Shown piece after piece: positions 1-12,929 of a stretch of DNA of 64,000 bases. A program made the translations under genes and the position numbers. This stretch comes from Somniosus microcephalus (lineage: Eukaryota): positions 178,684,001 through 178,748,000 of the forward strand of contig CM126207.1 of assembly GCA_052327205.1 (NCBI GenBank), given 5' to 3'. Within the stretch, counting starts at the first letter, position 1, and each line of letters starts with the position of its first letter. The notes under the pieces were generated by a model. That model saw nothing but the letters and a program-made list of their open reading frames with translations. It searched no databases and was not told the origin of the DNA.

Positions 1-1088
1 AGTGAGCCCTGCTCATTGATCCGTCTGAGTCCCTGAGTGCGGGCACGGATTTATACGAGTTGCAAATACTGAATGGAGCTCATTCAAATAAAATGGCAGC
101 TAGGGTATTCAGGGATGAGTTTCGTGAACCGGATACTCTTCTGGGGACATTCTTTGCCTGGGAACACAATATCTCATCCAGGGACTGTCCCCGGAAAGCA
201 GAGATGTATGGTCACCCTAGGCAAGAGGCCACACCAGGAACCTAGGGGAATGGTCCCTGGAACAAGGTAAGTGCTTCAGGAGAGGAATCTTGGCCGTAGG
301 GGTGTTGGGGCGAAGCCCGGGACAAGAAAGGCCCATGGTTTCCTTGTGGGGCCCAGAAGAGCACTCCTGCTCCTCCAGGCCCAAACTGGACCTTTTCTGA
401 CCCTGACTGGTTTTGCCTGCCAGGGAAGCCGCCACAATCCCCCCAGCTCAGTCCTAAGGTTAAAATCGAAGATTGGCACCAATGACATTTTCGGAACACT
501 ATCTGCATATTTAAGGGGGGCCCCACCGGCTTGGTGCCAGATCGGGGTGGGTAATCCCCCACAACATTTTAACTGCCCCTCTGCCAAGTTTCCACCAGAT
601 GTGGGGAAGTTGAAATAAATTAGATTATTTCTCTTCCCCCTTCCTGTGTTTGTATTCTCTCTCCATTTCTCTCTCTGTCTTTGCCTCTGTCTGCTCTGTG
701 TGTCTGTTGTCTCTTTGACCTATGTGTGTGTGTATCTGTGTTTCTCTGCCTGCCTCCTTAACACCCTTTCACACTCTAAGCGTGTGTACCAACAACAACT
801 GAGATTTCTATCATAACTCAGTGTATACACAGAGATATGTGGGAGCGCTTTCCAAGGGCAGTGGATAGTGAGTGGACACCCGAGTGGTGGGTTGGGGAAT
901 AAAGGAAGACGGAAGGGAACAAGCGCACTGTTCAACAACAACAACTTGCCTTTATATAGCGCCTTTAACATAGTAAAATGCCCCAAGGCGCTTCACAGGA
1001 GCGTTAGCAAACAAAATTTGACACTGAGCCACATGAGATATTATGACAGGTGATCAAAAGCTTGGTCAAAGAGATAGGTTTTAAGGAG

Positions 1089-1791
1089 CATAGAAACATA
1101 GAAGATAGGAGCAGGAGTAGGCCATTCGGCCCCTTGAGTCTACTCCACCATTTAATGAGATCATGGCTGATCATCCAAATTCAGTACCCTGTCCCTGCTT
1201 TCTCCCCATATCACACAGAATCACACACACAGAAACCCCACAGTGCAGATAGAGGCCATTTCGGCCCATCGAGCCTGCACCGACACATATACACATATCC
1301 CACCCGATCCCCGTAACCCCTACACCAACACATATCCCACCCTATCCCCGTAACCCCACATATTTTAATCCCCCTAACACTAAGGGTCAATTTATCATAG
1401 CCAATCATCCTAACCCACACATCTTTGGACTGTGGGAGGAAACCGGAGCACCCGGAGGAAACCCACGCAAACACGGGGAGAATGTGCAAACTCCACACAC
1501 ACAGTCACCCGAGGCCGGATTCGAACCCGGGTCCCTGGCGCTGTGAGGCAACAGTGCTAACCTCTTGATCCCTTTAGCCTTAAGAAATATATCTAACTCC
1601 TTCTTGAATATATTTAATGAATTGGCCTCAACTGCCTTTTGTGGTAGAGAATTCCACAGGTTCACCACTCTCTGGGTGAAGAAATTCCCCCTCATCTCTG
1701 TCCTAAATGGCTTACCCCTTATCTTTAGACTATGACCCCTGGTTCTGGACTCCCCGACCATCGGGAACATCCTTCCTGCATTTAGTCTGTC
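1089..1791 (-). mobile_element. CR1 (HER1-like) LINE 3' fragment
   Basis: CATAGAAACATAGAA tail; ORF2 C-terminus GRMFPMVGESRTRGHSLKIRGKPFRTEMRGNFFTQRVVNLWNSLP; split by a SINE at 1213-1560. Confidence 0.85.
1213..1560 (-). mobile_element. HE1-like tRNA-derived V-SINE
   Basis: Reverse complement has a tRNA-like head (TTAGCACTGTTGCCTCACAGCGCCAGGGACCCGGGTTCGAATCC), the V-domain (GTTTCCTCCGGGTGCTCCGGTTTCCTCCCACAGTCCAAAGA) and a LINE-like tail; similar to 12428-12775. Confidence 0.85.
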
Positions 1792-3220
1792 TTGAGGGAG
1801 GGGAGAGGAGTGGAGAGGTTTAGGGAGGGAATTCCAGAACTTGAGGCAAAGGCAGCTGAAGACACAGCCGTCGATGGTGGAGTGATTTAAAATCGTGGAT
1901 ACGCAAGAGGCCAGAATTGGAGGAATGCAGAGATCTTGGAAGGTTGTAGGGCTGGAGGAGGTTACAGAGATGGGGAGGGGCGAGGCCATGGAGGGATCTG
2001 AACACAAGAATGAGAATTTCAAATTCTGGGCATTGCCGGACCGGGAGCCAATGTAGGTCAGCAAGCACGGGGGTGGGATGAACGGAACTTGATGCAAGTA
2101 TAAATAATATAAAAGTGGAGGGGGGGGTCTTACGGAGTTCTTGAAGGGAGGGAGGTGGAGATGCTGAAGAAGACCATTCCAGAGGGCGGAGGCTGTAGGA
2201 ACAGCCATTGATGGTGGAGCAGGCGGAGCCAAGAATGAGAAGGAGGCCTGGTATTGGAGGGCCGAGGAAGAGAGAACCTGCATTAACTAACTGGCTTAAT
2301 GTGAGGCTGCACATTGTAAATTAAAGTCACAACAACCATGTCAGACCCAATGCATTATTCTGCTGGTGAAGTGTAGATATGAGTCCCTTTTAGGCTAGAG
2401 ATCTGAATTGATCAATAAACCGAGAGGTGGGCTGGGGAACTTGGTTGCTTGAGAGTTTCGACGGTCCATTCCAAATCATTGCTACTGTTTCTTCGCTGTT
2501 ATGAACTCCTGTATCCCCATCACCCCATCCTCACAGCTTCAATGGCTCAGCATGCAGCTCAAGCTTCTGTGTCATACCTCAGTCATTTGACACAAGCCAG
2601 CATATTTGCAATGAGTTACTTTACTAAACACTTTTTTTAATAAAAAAGCAAGCTAGGGTTGTGAGTTGCAACCTCAAGATCAATTAAACTCTGTTCTAAC
2701 AGTAATTAGAATATGTGTCCTTAAAGGGCCAAGTTAGCAGCTTAATACATTCTGTGTTGCATCGTATAGTCCTTATAAAACAGCGTATCATCTGACCACC
2801 TCTGAGGTGGCACAGAAGGCCCTCTGGTAATGTGTGTGTGCAGATGTCTCACAAAGTTACAGGCGCAGAACAATCTTTATTTTTTTTTAAATGAGAAAAG
2901 CCAGTTACTTAATGCTGAGTATCTCTGGCCTGGAGCCAAACAGACAAGTGCTTCACAATTTGAAAAGTTCACTCACCAAACAGTGATTAACTTCTGGATG
3001 ACCTGAGGCTGTTTACTCAGCAATCGAATCTCTGTGGCTTCAAAGGGACACAGATTCACCTTAACTAAAATGCATCAAGTATTTCACTCCTTGTAAATCA
3101 ACATATCCAACGTGACAGGAGATCTGCTGCTAATATATTCAAAACATGCAGATGCAAAGCAATCTTAAAATACTGGGTGTCTCTGGCATGCAAATTGAGA
3201 CTGATGGACAGGTACAATAG

Positions 3221-4815
3221 TGTCAGCTGTGGCTCAGTTGGTAGTATACTCGCCTCTGAGTCAGAAGGTTGTGGGTTCAAGGGACATGCGCACATGAAGC
3301 TAGGCTGAGGGAATGCTGCACTGTCAGAGGTGTCGTCTTTCAGATGAGACATTAAACCGAGGCACCGTCTGCTCTCTCAGGTGGACATAAAAGATCCCAT
3401 GGCACTATTTCGAAGAAGAATAGGGGAGTTATCCCCCGTGTCCTGGCCAATATTTAGAACATAAGAACATAAGAAGTAGGAGCAGGAGTAGGCCATACGG
3501 CCCCTCGGGCCTGCTCCGCCATTCAATAGGATCATGGCTGATCCGAATCTAGACTCACGTCCACTTCCCTGCCCTCTCCCCGTAACCCCTAATTCCCTTA
3601 TCTGCTAGGAAACTGTCCATTTCTATTTTAAATTTATTTAATGTTGCAGCTTCCACAGCTCTCTAGGGTAGCAAATTCCATAGATTTTCTACCCTCTGAG
3701 TGAAGAAGTTTCTCCTCATCTCAGTTTTGAAAGCGCAGCCCCTTATTCTTAGATTATGCCCCCTAGTTCTAGTCTCGCCCATCAGTGGAAACATCCTCCC
3801 CGCATCCACCCGATCAAGCCCCCTCACAATCTTATATGTTTCGATAAGATCGCCTCTCATTCTTCTGAACTCCAAAGAGTAGAGTCCCAACCTACTCAAC
3901 CTTTCCTCATACGTCAACCCCCTCCTCTCCGGAATCAACCGAGTGAACCTTCTCTGAACCGCCTCGAGAGCAAGTATATCTTTTCTTAAATATGGAAACC
4001 AAAACTGTACGCAGTATTCCAGGTGTGGCCTCACCCATACCCTGTATAACTGCAGCAAGACTTCCCTGTTTTTATACTCCATCCCCTTACAATAAAAGCC
4101 AAGATTCCATTGGCCTTCCTGATCACCTGCTGTACCTGCATACTAACTTTTTGTGTTTCATGCACCAGGACCCCCAGATCCCTTTGTACTGTAGCACTTT
4201 GCAGTTTCTCTCCATTTAGATAATAACTTGCTCTTTGATTTTTTCTGCCAAAGTGCATAACCTCACACTTTCCAACATTTATATTGCATCTGCCAAATCT
4301 CTGCCCACTCACCTAGCCTGTCTATGTCCTTTTGCAGGTTTTTTTATGTCCTCCTCACTCATTGCTTTCCCTCCCATCTTTGTATCGTCGGCAAACTTGG
4401 ATATGTTGCACTCGGTCCCTTCCTCCAAATCGTTAATATAGATTGTAAAGAGTTGGGGTCCCAGCAGTGACCCCTGCGGAACACCACCAGTTACTGATTG
4501 CCAGCCTGAGAATGAACCATTTATCCCAACTCTTTGTTTTCTGTTAGATAGCCAATCTTCCACCCATGCCAGTATATTACCCCCAATCCCGTGATTTCTT
4601 ATCTTGATCAGTAATCTCCTTCAACCGACATAACAAAAAAAACAGATCTGGTCATTTTCACATTGCTATTTATAGGAGCTTGCTGTGTGCAAATTGACTG
4701 CCGTGTTTCCCACATTACAACAGTGACTCCACTTCAAAAGTACTTCATTGGCTGTAAAGCGCTTTGAGTCATCCGGTGGTCGTGAAAGGCGCTATATAAA
4801 GGCAAGTCTTTCTTT
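3221..4815 (+). mobile_element. SacSINE1-like DeuSINE, split by a CR1 insertion
   Basis: tRNA-like head GGCTCAGTTGGTAG..GGTTCAAG and Deu domain GATGAGACATTAAACCGAGG..AAAGATCCCATGGCACTATTTCGAAGAAG up to ~3455; resumes at ~4617. Confidence 0.75.
3456..4616 (-). mobile_element. CR1 LINE, 5'-truncated (RT region to 3' end), frameshifted
   Basis: [27 protein letters not shown] and RPHLEYCVQFW motifs in broken ORFs; AGAACATA tail repeat. Confidence 0.9.
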
Positions 4816-4819
4816 ACTA

Positions 4820-5020
4820 ATTACTGATGGTGTTCCCATGCGCCTGCTGCCCTTGTCCTTCTAGGTGGTAGAGGTCGCGGGTTTGGGAGGTGCTGTCGAA
4901 GAAGCCTTGGCAAGTTGCTGCAGTGCATCTTGTAGATGGTACACACTGCAGCACGGTACGCCAATGGTGGAGGGAGTGAATGTTTAAGGTGGTGGATGGG
5001 GTGCCAATCAAGCGGACTGT
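4820..5020 (-). mobile_element. LINE C-terminal fragment (second family; related copy at ~29790-30090)
   Basis: IGTPSTTLNIHSLHH.. translation; shares GATGGTGTTCCCATG..CTGCTGCCCTTGTCCTTCTAGGTGGTAGAGGTC with 30030-30090. Confidence 0.55.
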
Positions 5021-6179
5021 TTTAAAAAAGTACTAATGCAGCCTCCCCTCATCATCATCCCCACCCCACCCCACTGCAGTCCTGCTCCAAGAAAACTCCC
5101 ATCACCATAGTTTTATCAGACACCATGAAACCCCTCCCACTTTTCCCACCGTGCAAACACCCCCGGCCTTAGTACTCTGACCCCCACCACCGTCTGTCTT
5201 GCCACAGCCCAAGTACACCTTCCCCCTACTGCCACACCCTGACATGATCTCCCAGTACTCCGCCCCCCTCAACCACCACCTGCCATACCCTGACAACCCC
5301 CTCGCTCCCAGACTCTGGCACCCCCTCCCCAATGCTCCCCGAACATCCCAAATACCCCTTTCAAATTGCATCGCCCATTGCCGCACACCCAGAGCCCTAT
5401 GACTCCCCACTTGTCTAGTCTATCTAAATGCCCAGATATTGCAACCTTTGCAACTGATGTCAAAGAAGGTGGCAGCACTTTCTGTTCAAACAGAGCAAAT
5501 TGTTAAAGGCGATCTCTGCACTTGGTTGCAGTTCTGTGTTTGTGTCATCACAGTGCAGAGTGCTTAGTGAAGACCCTTGGGTCATGCTTATTAACAAGTG
5601 CACTGATCTTGAAGCTGATCTATCACTGAACCTCAAGTAAAAATATTTCTAAAGAGATTCTGCAAATAATCTGTGTTTAACACCTGTCAATTAGACATTT
5701 CAGCTCTGTATTTTTGATTCCTTCATAGAATCATACAGGAGGCCATTCAGCCCATCGTGTCTGTGCCGGCCCTTTGAAAGAGTTGTTCAATTAGTCCCAC
5801 TCCCCTGCTCTTTATCTGTGGCCCTGCAAATGTTTCCTTTTCAAGTATATGTCCAATTCCATTTTGAACATTAGTATTAAATCAGCTTCCGCCATATAAT
5901 TGGATTAATTTCTTATGTATTTGACAATTTGTTCTAGACAATTGTCAACTGTTTGTTGTGAATCCTCCCTCTTCTCCCGCCCCCCCCCCCCCCCATTTTC
6001 TCCCCTCTTCTGCCCCCATGGGCACTAGCATCGCCCAAGTGTCTACGCTTCATTTGAGAGTTCAAAGTGTTTACAGGTTATGGAGCACATCACAGCTGTG
6101 CCTGATCCTATCCTCCCCCAACGTCCACACATGGCCCTTCCCAACTAGCTGCTACTCCGAAAACTGTTCTCTCCTAGAA

Positions 6180-7085
6180 TCTAAACTATTCCAATGCTTT
6201 CCTGGCCGGCCTCCCATCTTCCACCCTCTATAAACGTGAGCTCATCCATAAACTCTGCTGCCCATATCCTAACTCGCACCAAGACCTGTTGGCCCATCTC
6301 CCCTGTGCTCGCTGACCTGCACTGGCTCCCGGTTAAGCAATGCCACGATTTCAAAATTCTCATCCTTGTTTTCAAATCCCATCATGGCCTCGCCCCATCC
6401 TATCTCTGTAATCTCCTCCAGCCCCCCTGAGATATCTGCATTCTTCTACTTCTGCCCCCTTGAGCATCCCTGATTATAATCACTCAACCATTGGTGGCTG
6501 TGCCTTCTGTTGCCTGGGCCCTAAGCTCTGGAATTCCCTCCCAAATCTCTCCACCTCTCTTTCCTCCTTTAAGACACTCCTTAAAACCTACCTCTTTGAC
6601 CAAACTTTTAGTCATCTGCCCTCATTTCTCATTGTGGCTAGGTGTCAAATTTTTTGTCTTATAATACTCCTGTGAAGCACCTTGGGATATTTTACTATGT
6701 TAAAAGCGCTATATAAATTAATTTCCTGTTGTTGTTGGCCTCGCCCCTCCCTATCTTTGTAACCTCCTACAACCCTCCAAGAACTCTGCATTCTTCGAAT
6801 TCTGGCCTCTTGTCCATTCCCCACTTCCTTTGCCTCACCATTGGCGGCCGTGTCTTCTGCTGTCTAGACCATAAGCTCTGGAAATCCCTCCCTAAACCTC
6901 TCCACCCCTCTAACTCTTTCCTTGTTTAAGATGCCCCTTGAAACCTACCTCTGACTAAGTTTTTGGTCACCGGTCCTAATATCTCTCTCTGGCTCAGTAT
7001 CAAAGCATGTCTGATGACACTCCTGTGAAGAGTCTTGGGATGTTTTACTACGTTACGGGTGCTATATAAATACAAGTTGTTCTAA
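6180..7085 (+). mobile_element. Two adjacent L2-clade LINE 3' fragments
   Basis: NSAAHILTRTK..PVLADLHWLPV..FKILILVFKS..LWNSLP..FKTLLKTYLF, followed by a second partial copy from ~6735. Confidence 0.8.
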
Positions 7086-8098
7086 TTTAGGGCATGAACA
7101 TTTAAATGGGGAGCAAAGGAGGAGAAAGATTTGAGCTACTTTCACTGCATGGATTTTTTTTTATCTCCCATCACCTTGTGCGACTCTCTCCTTTTTACAT
7201 TTGGCATTGGGTTGCTGATCTCCATCGCCCCGACATGCTTGAGAATGGAAACGCCGGGAGCCAGTTTGCTTTGCAGAAAGTCTAATCCTTTGGCAGATTT
7301 CCATGGGTCTACAATGTCACGTGGTCAGTTCCCCATAAGTTGGGTTATTTGCAGCAGGAAGTGCAGCTGACGGGAGCCGGGGCGGGGTGTGTATCTGCCG
7401 TTGCCTGCTCTTCCCCAATGTAAAAGAATCCTTAAAACTACAGAGAGGAGTAAACTTATGCAACATGCTGACTTGTTACTGTCACCCAGTTTGTAGCAGT
7501 TATCATTCCAATCCATGGCTAGCTGCAAGTTTCTCACAGTTGTGTTGGCATCTGTTGTGTGGCATGTCACACACAGGAATGAGGCATCTTTTATCTGCGC
7601 AAGTGGAAAAATGCAGCATGAAACATTTACTGCAAATACTCAAATCGGCTGCATATAGGTGTGGTGGCCCTTTTAAAATCCCTTTGGTGCATGTGTTCTG
7701 ACTTCACGGTGCACTGAGGAAATGTTTCAATATTTGGCTGGGGAGGGGCGGGGATGGTGGGGTTTGTCAGATTCTGTACTACACGCTGCAGTGGTGTGTT
7801 GGGCTTGCACCTTCCTTTTATTGGGCTTTATTATGTACTTGGCCATCGCAGCTCTTCAACAGAGAAGGTGACAATGGGAGCACGGCACTGTCATTCTCTG
7901 CTTTCAGAATGCTGATAAACCGAGTCAGAAAGTTGTGGGTATAACCTAAAGCCAGTGTTCAAATTTCCTTCCATAAACCACTCAGCTTTTCCCCAGTAGC
8001 CTAAGTCACTGGAATCCCTAGATCAGTATCACTGACTTGAGCTGTCTTGGAAAGAAAAACTTGCGCACCGTCTGTATTTATTGGCTTTGGCTGGGTAG

Positions 8099-8310
8099 TG
8101 TAGTGTATGTACCTTTAAGAGAGAACTACTTTTACAGCTCCTGTATACTGTAGTACCAGCAGTGACCACACCTGTATATAAGCCTTGAGCATACCTCTGT
8201 ACTGTTAGTCTTTAGACTACCCTCCTCCAGTAAACACCTGTTGATTGTTAATTTACAGCCTCCGTCTAGTTATTGGAAAACATCATACCTTAAGAATCAC
8301 GGATTCAACA
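8099..8310 (+). mobile_element. Solo LTR related to the LTRs of the Mag-like Gypsy at 43908-49143
   Basis: TG...CA ends, 5-bp TSD GGTAG (8094-8098 / 8311-8315); shares CTGTATACTGTAGTACC..GTGACCACACC.GTATATAAGC with the reverse complement of that LTR. Confidence 0.8.
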
Positions 8311-8590
8311 GGTAGTAGCATTCTTGCCTCTGAGTCAGAAGGTTGTGGGTTCATGTCCCACTTCAGAGCACATAATCCAGGCTGACACTCCCAGTGCAGT
8401 ACTGAGGGAGTGCTGCACTGTTGGAGGTGCCGTCTTTTAAATGAGACATTACACCGTCTGCCCTCAGGTGGACGGAAAAAGATCCCACGGCACTATTTCG
8501 AAGAGGCGCAGGGGAGTTATCCCCGGTGTCCTGGCCAACATTTATCCCTTAATCAACATCACTAAAGAAACAGATTATCTGGTCTGTATC
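8311..8590 (+). mobile_element. SacSINE1-like DeuSINE (head interrupted by the solo LTR)
   Basis: GCCTCTGAGTCAGAAGGTTGTGGGTTCA head and Deu domain as at 3221. Confidence 0.75.
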
Positions 8591-8619
8591 ATTTTGCCAG
8601 TTTAGTTGGGTTTACTTTG

Positions 8620-10250
8620 CATAGATGACATAGAGGAGACTTAATAGAAGTTTTGAAAATTCTGAAGGGTTTTGATAGTGAATAGCAAAAGACAATTTCC
8701 TCTGGTTGGGGAAATCCGTAACAAAGGGTTATGAATTTAAAATCGTCACTGAAGGATGGAAAAGAGATGAGACATTTCTTTTACACAGAGAGCTGTTGGA
8801 GCTTGGAATGATTTGCCACAGGGAGTGGTTGCAGCAGAGACAATTGCATCTTTTAAGGGAAAATTCAATAAATATTTAAAGCAGAGGAAGATACAGGGCT
8901 ATTGGGAACAGGGCAGGGCATTGGGATTAGTTTAGGATTGCTCTAACAAAGAGCCGGCACAGGCAGGATGGGCCGCAAGGCCGTCTTCTGTGCTGTTACC
9001 TTCTATGATTCTGTGATAGTGAGATTGTGGCACACTTGCCAAGATGACCAGGATTTGCAGCATGGAGGGGGGTCAGATGAAATTATGAACCTGTTATTGC
9101 CACTGAATTTTAGCTGCTTAGGAAAAAAGAGTTATCATGAGTCTGCATTTTATGACGAGCACAGCTAGAGTGTGATCCAGTATGTGTGGACATCCAAAAT
9201 GTACTGCACTAAGGAGATGTGGCTTTCTCCTCGTGAGAAGACACTGTATGTACAACATGAGTTGTGATTTAAGTTGTTAAAATTATTATAGAATAGAATT
9301 TGACAGTGCAGATATGGGGCATCAGCCCATTGTGTCTGTGTGGCTTTCTGAAAGAGCATTAACCTGCCCTTTTCCTATTGCTTTCTAAATGCTTTTTTAT
9401 CAAATATTTATCAACTTGCTATTATGGATTCTGCTTCCATCGCAGTTTGGGATGGGGCATTTCTCTGGTTGAAAAAAATAATTCACCTAACTGCTTTCTT
9501 CATTCTTTTGGTGATTATCTTCAAATTTATGCGCTCTAGTTATTGATTCACCCATTAGTAGAAATAGTTTCCCCCAATTTACCTTATCAAAGCACTGATG
9601 ATTTTGAATGCCTCCATGTGATCTCCTCTTAACCTTCTCATCTCTAACAGGCCCCAGTTTCTCTACTCTGCCCTCATAACCAAAGCCCCCCTCTCCGTGG
9701 TCTTCACATTCTTTGCTTTTGTTCTCAATGTCCCTATTGATAAGAACTAGGATCCCAACTTCCTAACCAAGCTGCCACATTCCCATTAATACCATGCACC
9801 TTCATTTTATCATCTAGCCTCCTATGTGGCACCTTATCTTTTGAAAATCCATTGCCACAACATTCAACGCATTTCCTTAGAGTTCTATTTGTCAGACATG
9901 ACTTGAATTTTACAAATCTACGATGGCTGTCTTTAATTAACCCATGTCTTTATAGATGAGCATTAACATTATCCCGTATGATGGGCTATAGAAGCTTACC
10001 CACTACTGAAGTTAGATCGACTGATCTATCGTTACCTGGTGTATCCAAGCAGAGACGTTACATTGGCAACTCTCCAGTCCTCTAGCACAACTTCCGTATC
10101 AAAGGATGTTTGAAAGATTGTGGTCAGAGCCTCTGCTATTTCCCCTCGGACTTCCCTCATTATTCCAGGATGCAGTGCCTTTTCCACTTCTGAGTACCAC
10201 CAACTTTTTTAGTGCTCCCTCCTCATCTATAGTTATCCTATCTGACTGCT
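8620..10250. mobile_element. Old degraded CR1 fragments (plus strand ~8620-9010, minus strand ~9290-10250)
   Basis: Recognisable but decayed CR1 3'-end and RT-region sequence; boundaries approximate. Confidence 0.55.
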
Positions 10251-10259
10251 CCTGAACGT

Positions 10260-11045
10260 CAACAACAACTTGTATTTATATAGCACCTTTAACGTAGTAA
10301 AGCATCCCAAGGCACTTCACAAGAGTGTTATAAGACAAAAAATTGACACCGAGCCTCATAAGAAATTAGGGCAGATGACCAAAAGCTTGGTCGAAGAGGT
10401 AGGTTTTAAGGAGCGTCTTAAAGGAGGAAAGTGAGGTAGGGAGGCAGAGAAATTTAGGGAGGGAGTTCCAGAGCTTAGGCAGCTGAAGGCATGGCCACCG
10501 ATTGGTTGAGCGATTATAATCAGGGATGCTCGAGGGCAGAATTTGAGAAGTGCAGATATCTCGGGTGGGGTTTGTGAGGCTGAAGGAGATTACAGAGATG
10601 GAGGGTGGGGGCGAGGCCATGGAGGGATTTGAAAACAAGGATGAGAATTTTGAAATCAAGGCGTTGTTTAACTGGGAGCCAATGGAGGTGAGTGAGCACA
10701 GGAGTAATGGGTGAACGGGACTTGGTGCGAGTTAGGACACCGAATGTTGGGCAGCCGAGTTTTGGCTGACCTCAAGTTTACGTGGGGTAGAATGTGGGAG
10801 ACCAGTCAGGAGTGTGTTGGAATGGTCAAATCTAGAGGTAACAAAGGCATGGATGAGGGTTTCAGCAGCAGATGAGCTGAGGCTGGGGAGGAGACGGGCG
10901 ATGTTAGAGGTGGAAATAGGCCTTAGTTATGCCGCGGGTATGCCCGGAAGCTCATTTCCGGGTCAGATATGACACCAAGGTTGTGAACAGTGTGGTTCAG
11001 CCTCAGACAGATGCTAGGGAGAGAGATGGAATCAGTAGTTAGGGA
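10260..11045 (-). mobile_element. L2-clade LINE 3' fragment
   Basis: (AAC)n tail; KLWNSLPK..FKTLLKTYLFDQAF on the minus strand; homologous to 6180-6720. Confidence 0.8.
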
Positions 11046-12427
11046 ATGTCGTCTTGTACCATTTCATTCCTAGTACCACACACTTCCATGAAACCGAGGA
11101 AGTATACTCGTGTGGTACCTCAGCTATTCCTTTGTAAGAAGGTGTCCTTTTTCAAAAAAATCTCCAGTTAACCCTACTCTTTCAATTATTCTTCTACATT
11201 TTGTGTGTCTCTCCTCCCCCCACCCGGGCTCTCTGTCTGCCCCCCCCCCCTCCCGGCTCTCTGTCCCCCTGCCCCTTTATAATTTTCCTTTTTTGCCTGC
11301 CAATCTTTCAAATCTTTTTTGCTTCCCTCTGTATTTTTTTTACACTGATTTCTTTTGTTAAAGCCCCAGATTTGTCATAGGCCTCTTTAAATTTTAATTT
11401 CTCTACTCGCCTAAGGAACTGCAGATTATTATGCATCTCCCTTACTTCACCCCCTATTTCTCGTGGAAATGTGTTTGGTTTGTGCACTAAGTTTGAATCA
11501 ATCTCATTGTTTGTCCACTGTCTTATCTGCCAATTTTTCTTGCCAGTTTATTGGACTAGTTCTCTTATCCCGCTGAAATTGGCTTTTTTCCAGTGAAGTT
11601 CTTTTATCTTGGCCTGTCCCCTCTCCTTTTCAATTCTTGTAACAAAACTTATTCTGCTCTGATCACTGTTTCCTAGATGCCCCCCTACCCTTCCATTGCC
11701 CCAATTCATTTTGTAGAACTAGTTTCAGCACCAACTCCTTCCGTGGGAAAAAACATACTGATCTAGAAAACCCTCCCCTTCTTTGTCACTTGCATCACTT
11801 TTACCCCAGCCTATCTGTTTCTGCATTTTTCTTGAATTTATTTATACATCTCATCCTCTGCCTCTATTGCACTATTTGATGGACTGTAATACACTCCCAA
11901 TAGATTCCATTCTTATTCCTTAACTCCAGCCAAATAGATTCAGCCTGTGCACCATACTCTATCATCCCATTTGCTAAAATGGAAGCTCTGATTACCACTG
12001 CCGACCCCCTCCCTTTTTTCTTAGTCTATCCCTCCTGAGTATTTTGTAATGAGCATGTTCAAGTCCCAGTCCTGCCTTAACTTCAACTGAGTCTCTGTTA
12101 AAGTCATAGGGGTGTACATTCGTCATGGACAACAGCAATCATGCAACGGGTTGCCAATTTGCTATCGGCTGTTTTGCCCTACCACCCAGGATAGACTCAT
12201 ATCCCATTATTATATTGTAGGAACGGAGGTTCCTATCTGAATAAAGGTATTCGACTCGATGAATCAAATCAACAGGTTTTAATGAACAACGAAGTTAACA
12301 GGGAAACTACAGGAGAAACGGTACACAGGTCTAATCAGCTTGCTGGGCACTCGACGACTGCTGGAAGATTCTGGAAGCTGACGTCATGACGTCATCGCGT
12401 TCTTCGCGCCACTGGCGGTCACGTGAT

Positions 12428-12775
12428 CGGTGGCATAGTGGTTAGCACTGTTGCCTCACAGCGCCAGGGACCCGGGTTCAAATCCGGCCTCGGGTGACTG
12501 TCTGTGTGGAGTTTGCACATTCTCCCCGTGTTTGCGTGGGTTTCCTCCGGGTGCTCCGGTTTCCTCCCACAGTCCAAAGATGTGCGGGTTAGGTTGATTG
12601 GCCATGATAAAAATTGGCCCTTAGTGTTAGGGGGGATTAAATACGTGGGGTTATGGGGATAGGGCTTGTGTGGGGTGCTAGGGTTTGGATGATCAGCCAT
12701 GATCTCGTTGAATGGCGGAGCAGGCTCGAGGGGCCGAATGGCCTACTCCTGCTCCTATCTTCTATGTTTCTATGT
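12428..12775 (+). mobile_element. HE1-like V-SINE inserted in the 3' LTR
   Basis: tRNA head GGTGGCATAGTGGTTAGC..GGTTCAAATCC, V-domain, CR1-derived tail ending TCTATGTTTCTATGT; absent from the sister LTR. Confidence 0.92.
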
Positions 12776-12929
12776 ATCACGTGGAGTGCTGGAAAGTACA
12801 ATACAGTACAGTTAACAGGCAGTTTAAAGGTGCAGTCCGCGGCTGCACTACACTGTAGTTAAAGGGATTATTACTAATTGTTCTGAGACCCTTGGTGGCT
12901 CCGCCACAGGCGCCCCCCCAGAATCCACT

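Larger units (their letters stand above)
930..2110 (-). mobile_element. L2-clade LINE 3' fragment, interrupted by a CR1 fragment and a SINE
   Basis: Minus-strand translation PVLADLHWLPV..ILILVFRSLHGLAPPHL..; (AAC)n tail at ~930; the halves 930-1088 and 1792-2110 are contiguous. Confidence 0.75.

Noticed and set aside
12428-12500. tRNA gene (A and B boxes present); likewise at 1500-1560, 3221, 30163 and 58395
   Set aside because: These are SINE heads continuing into V- or Deu-domains and LINE-derived tails.
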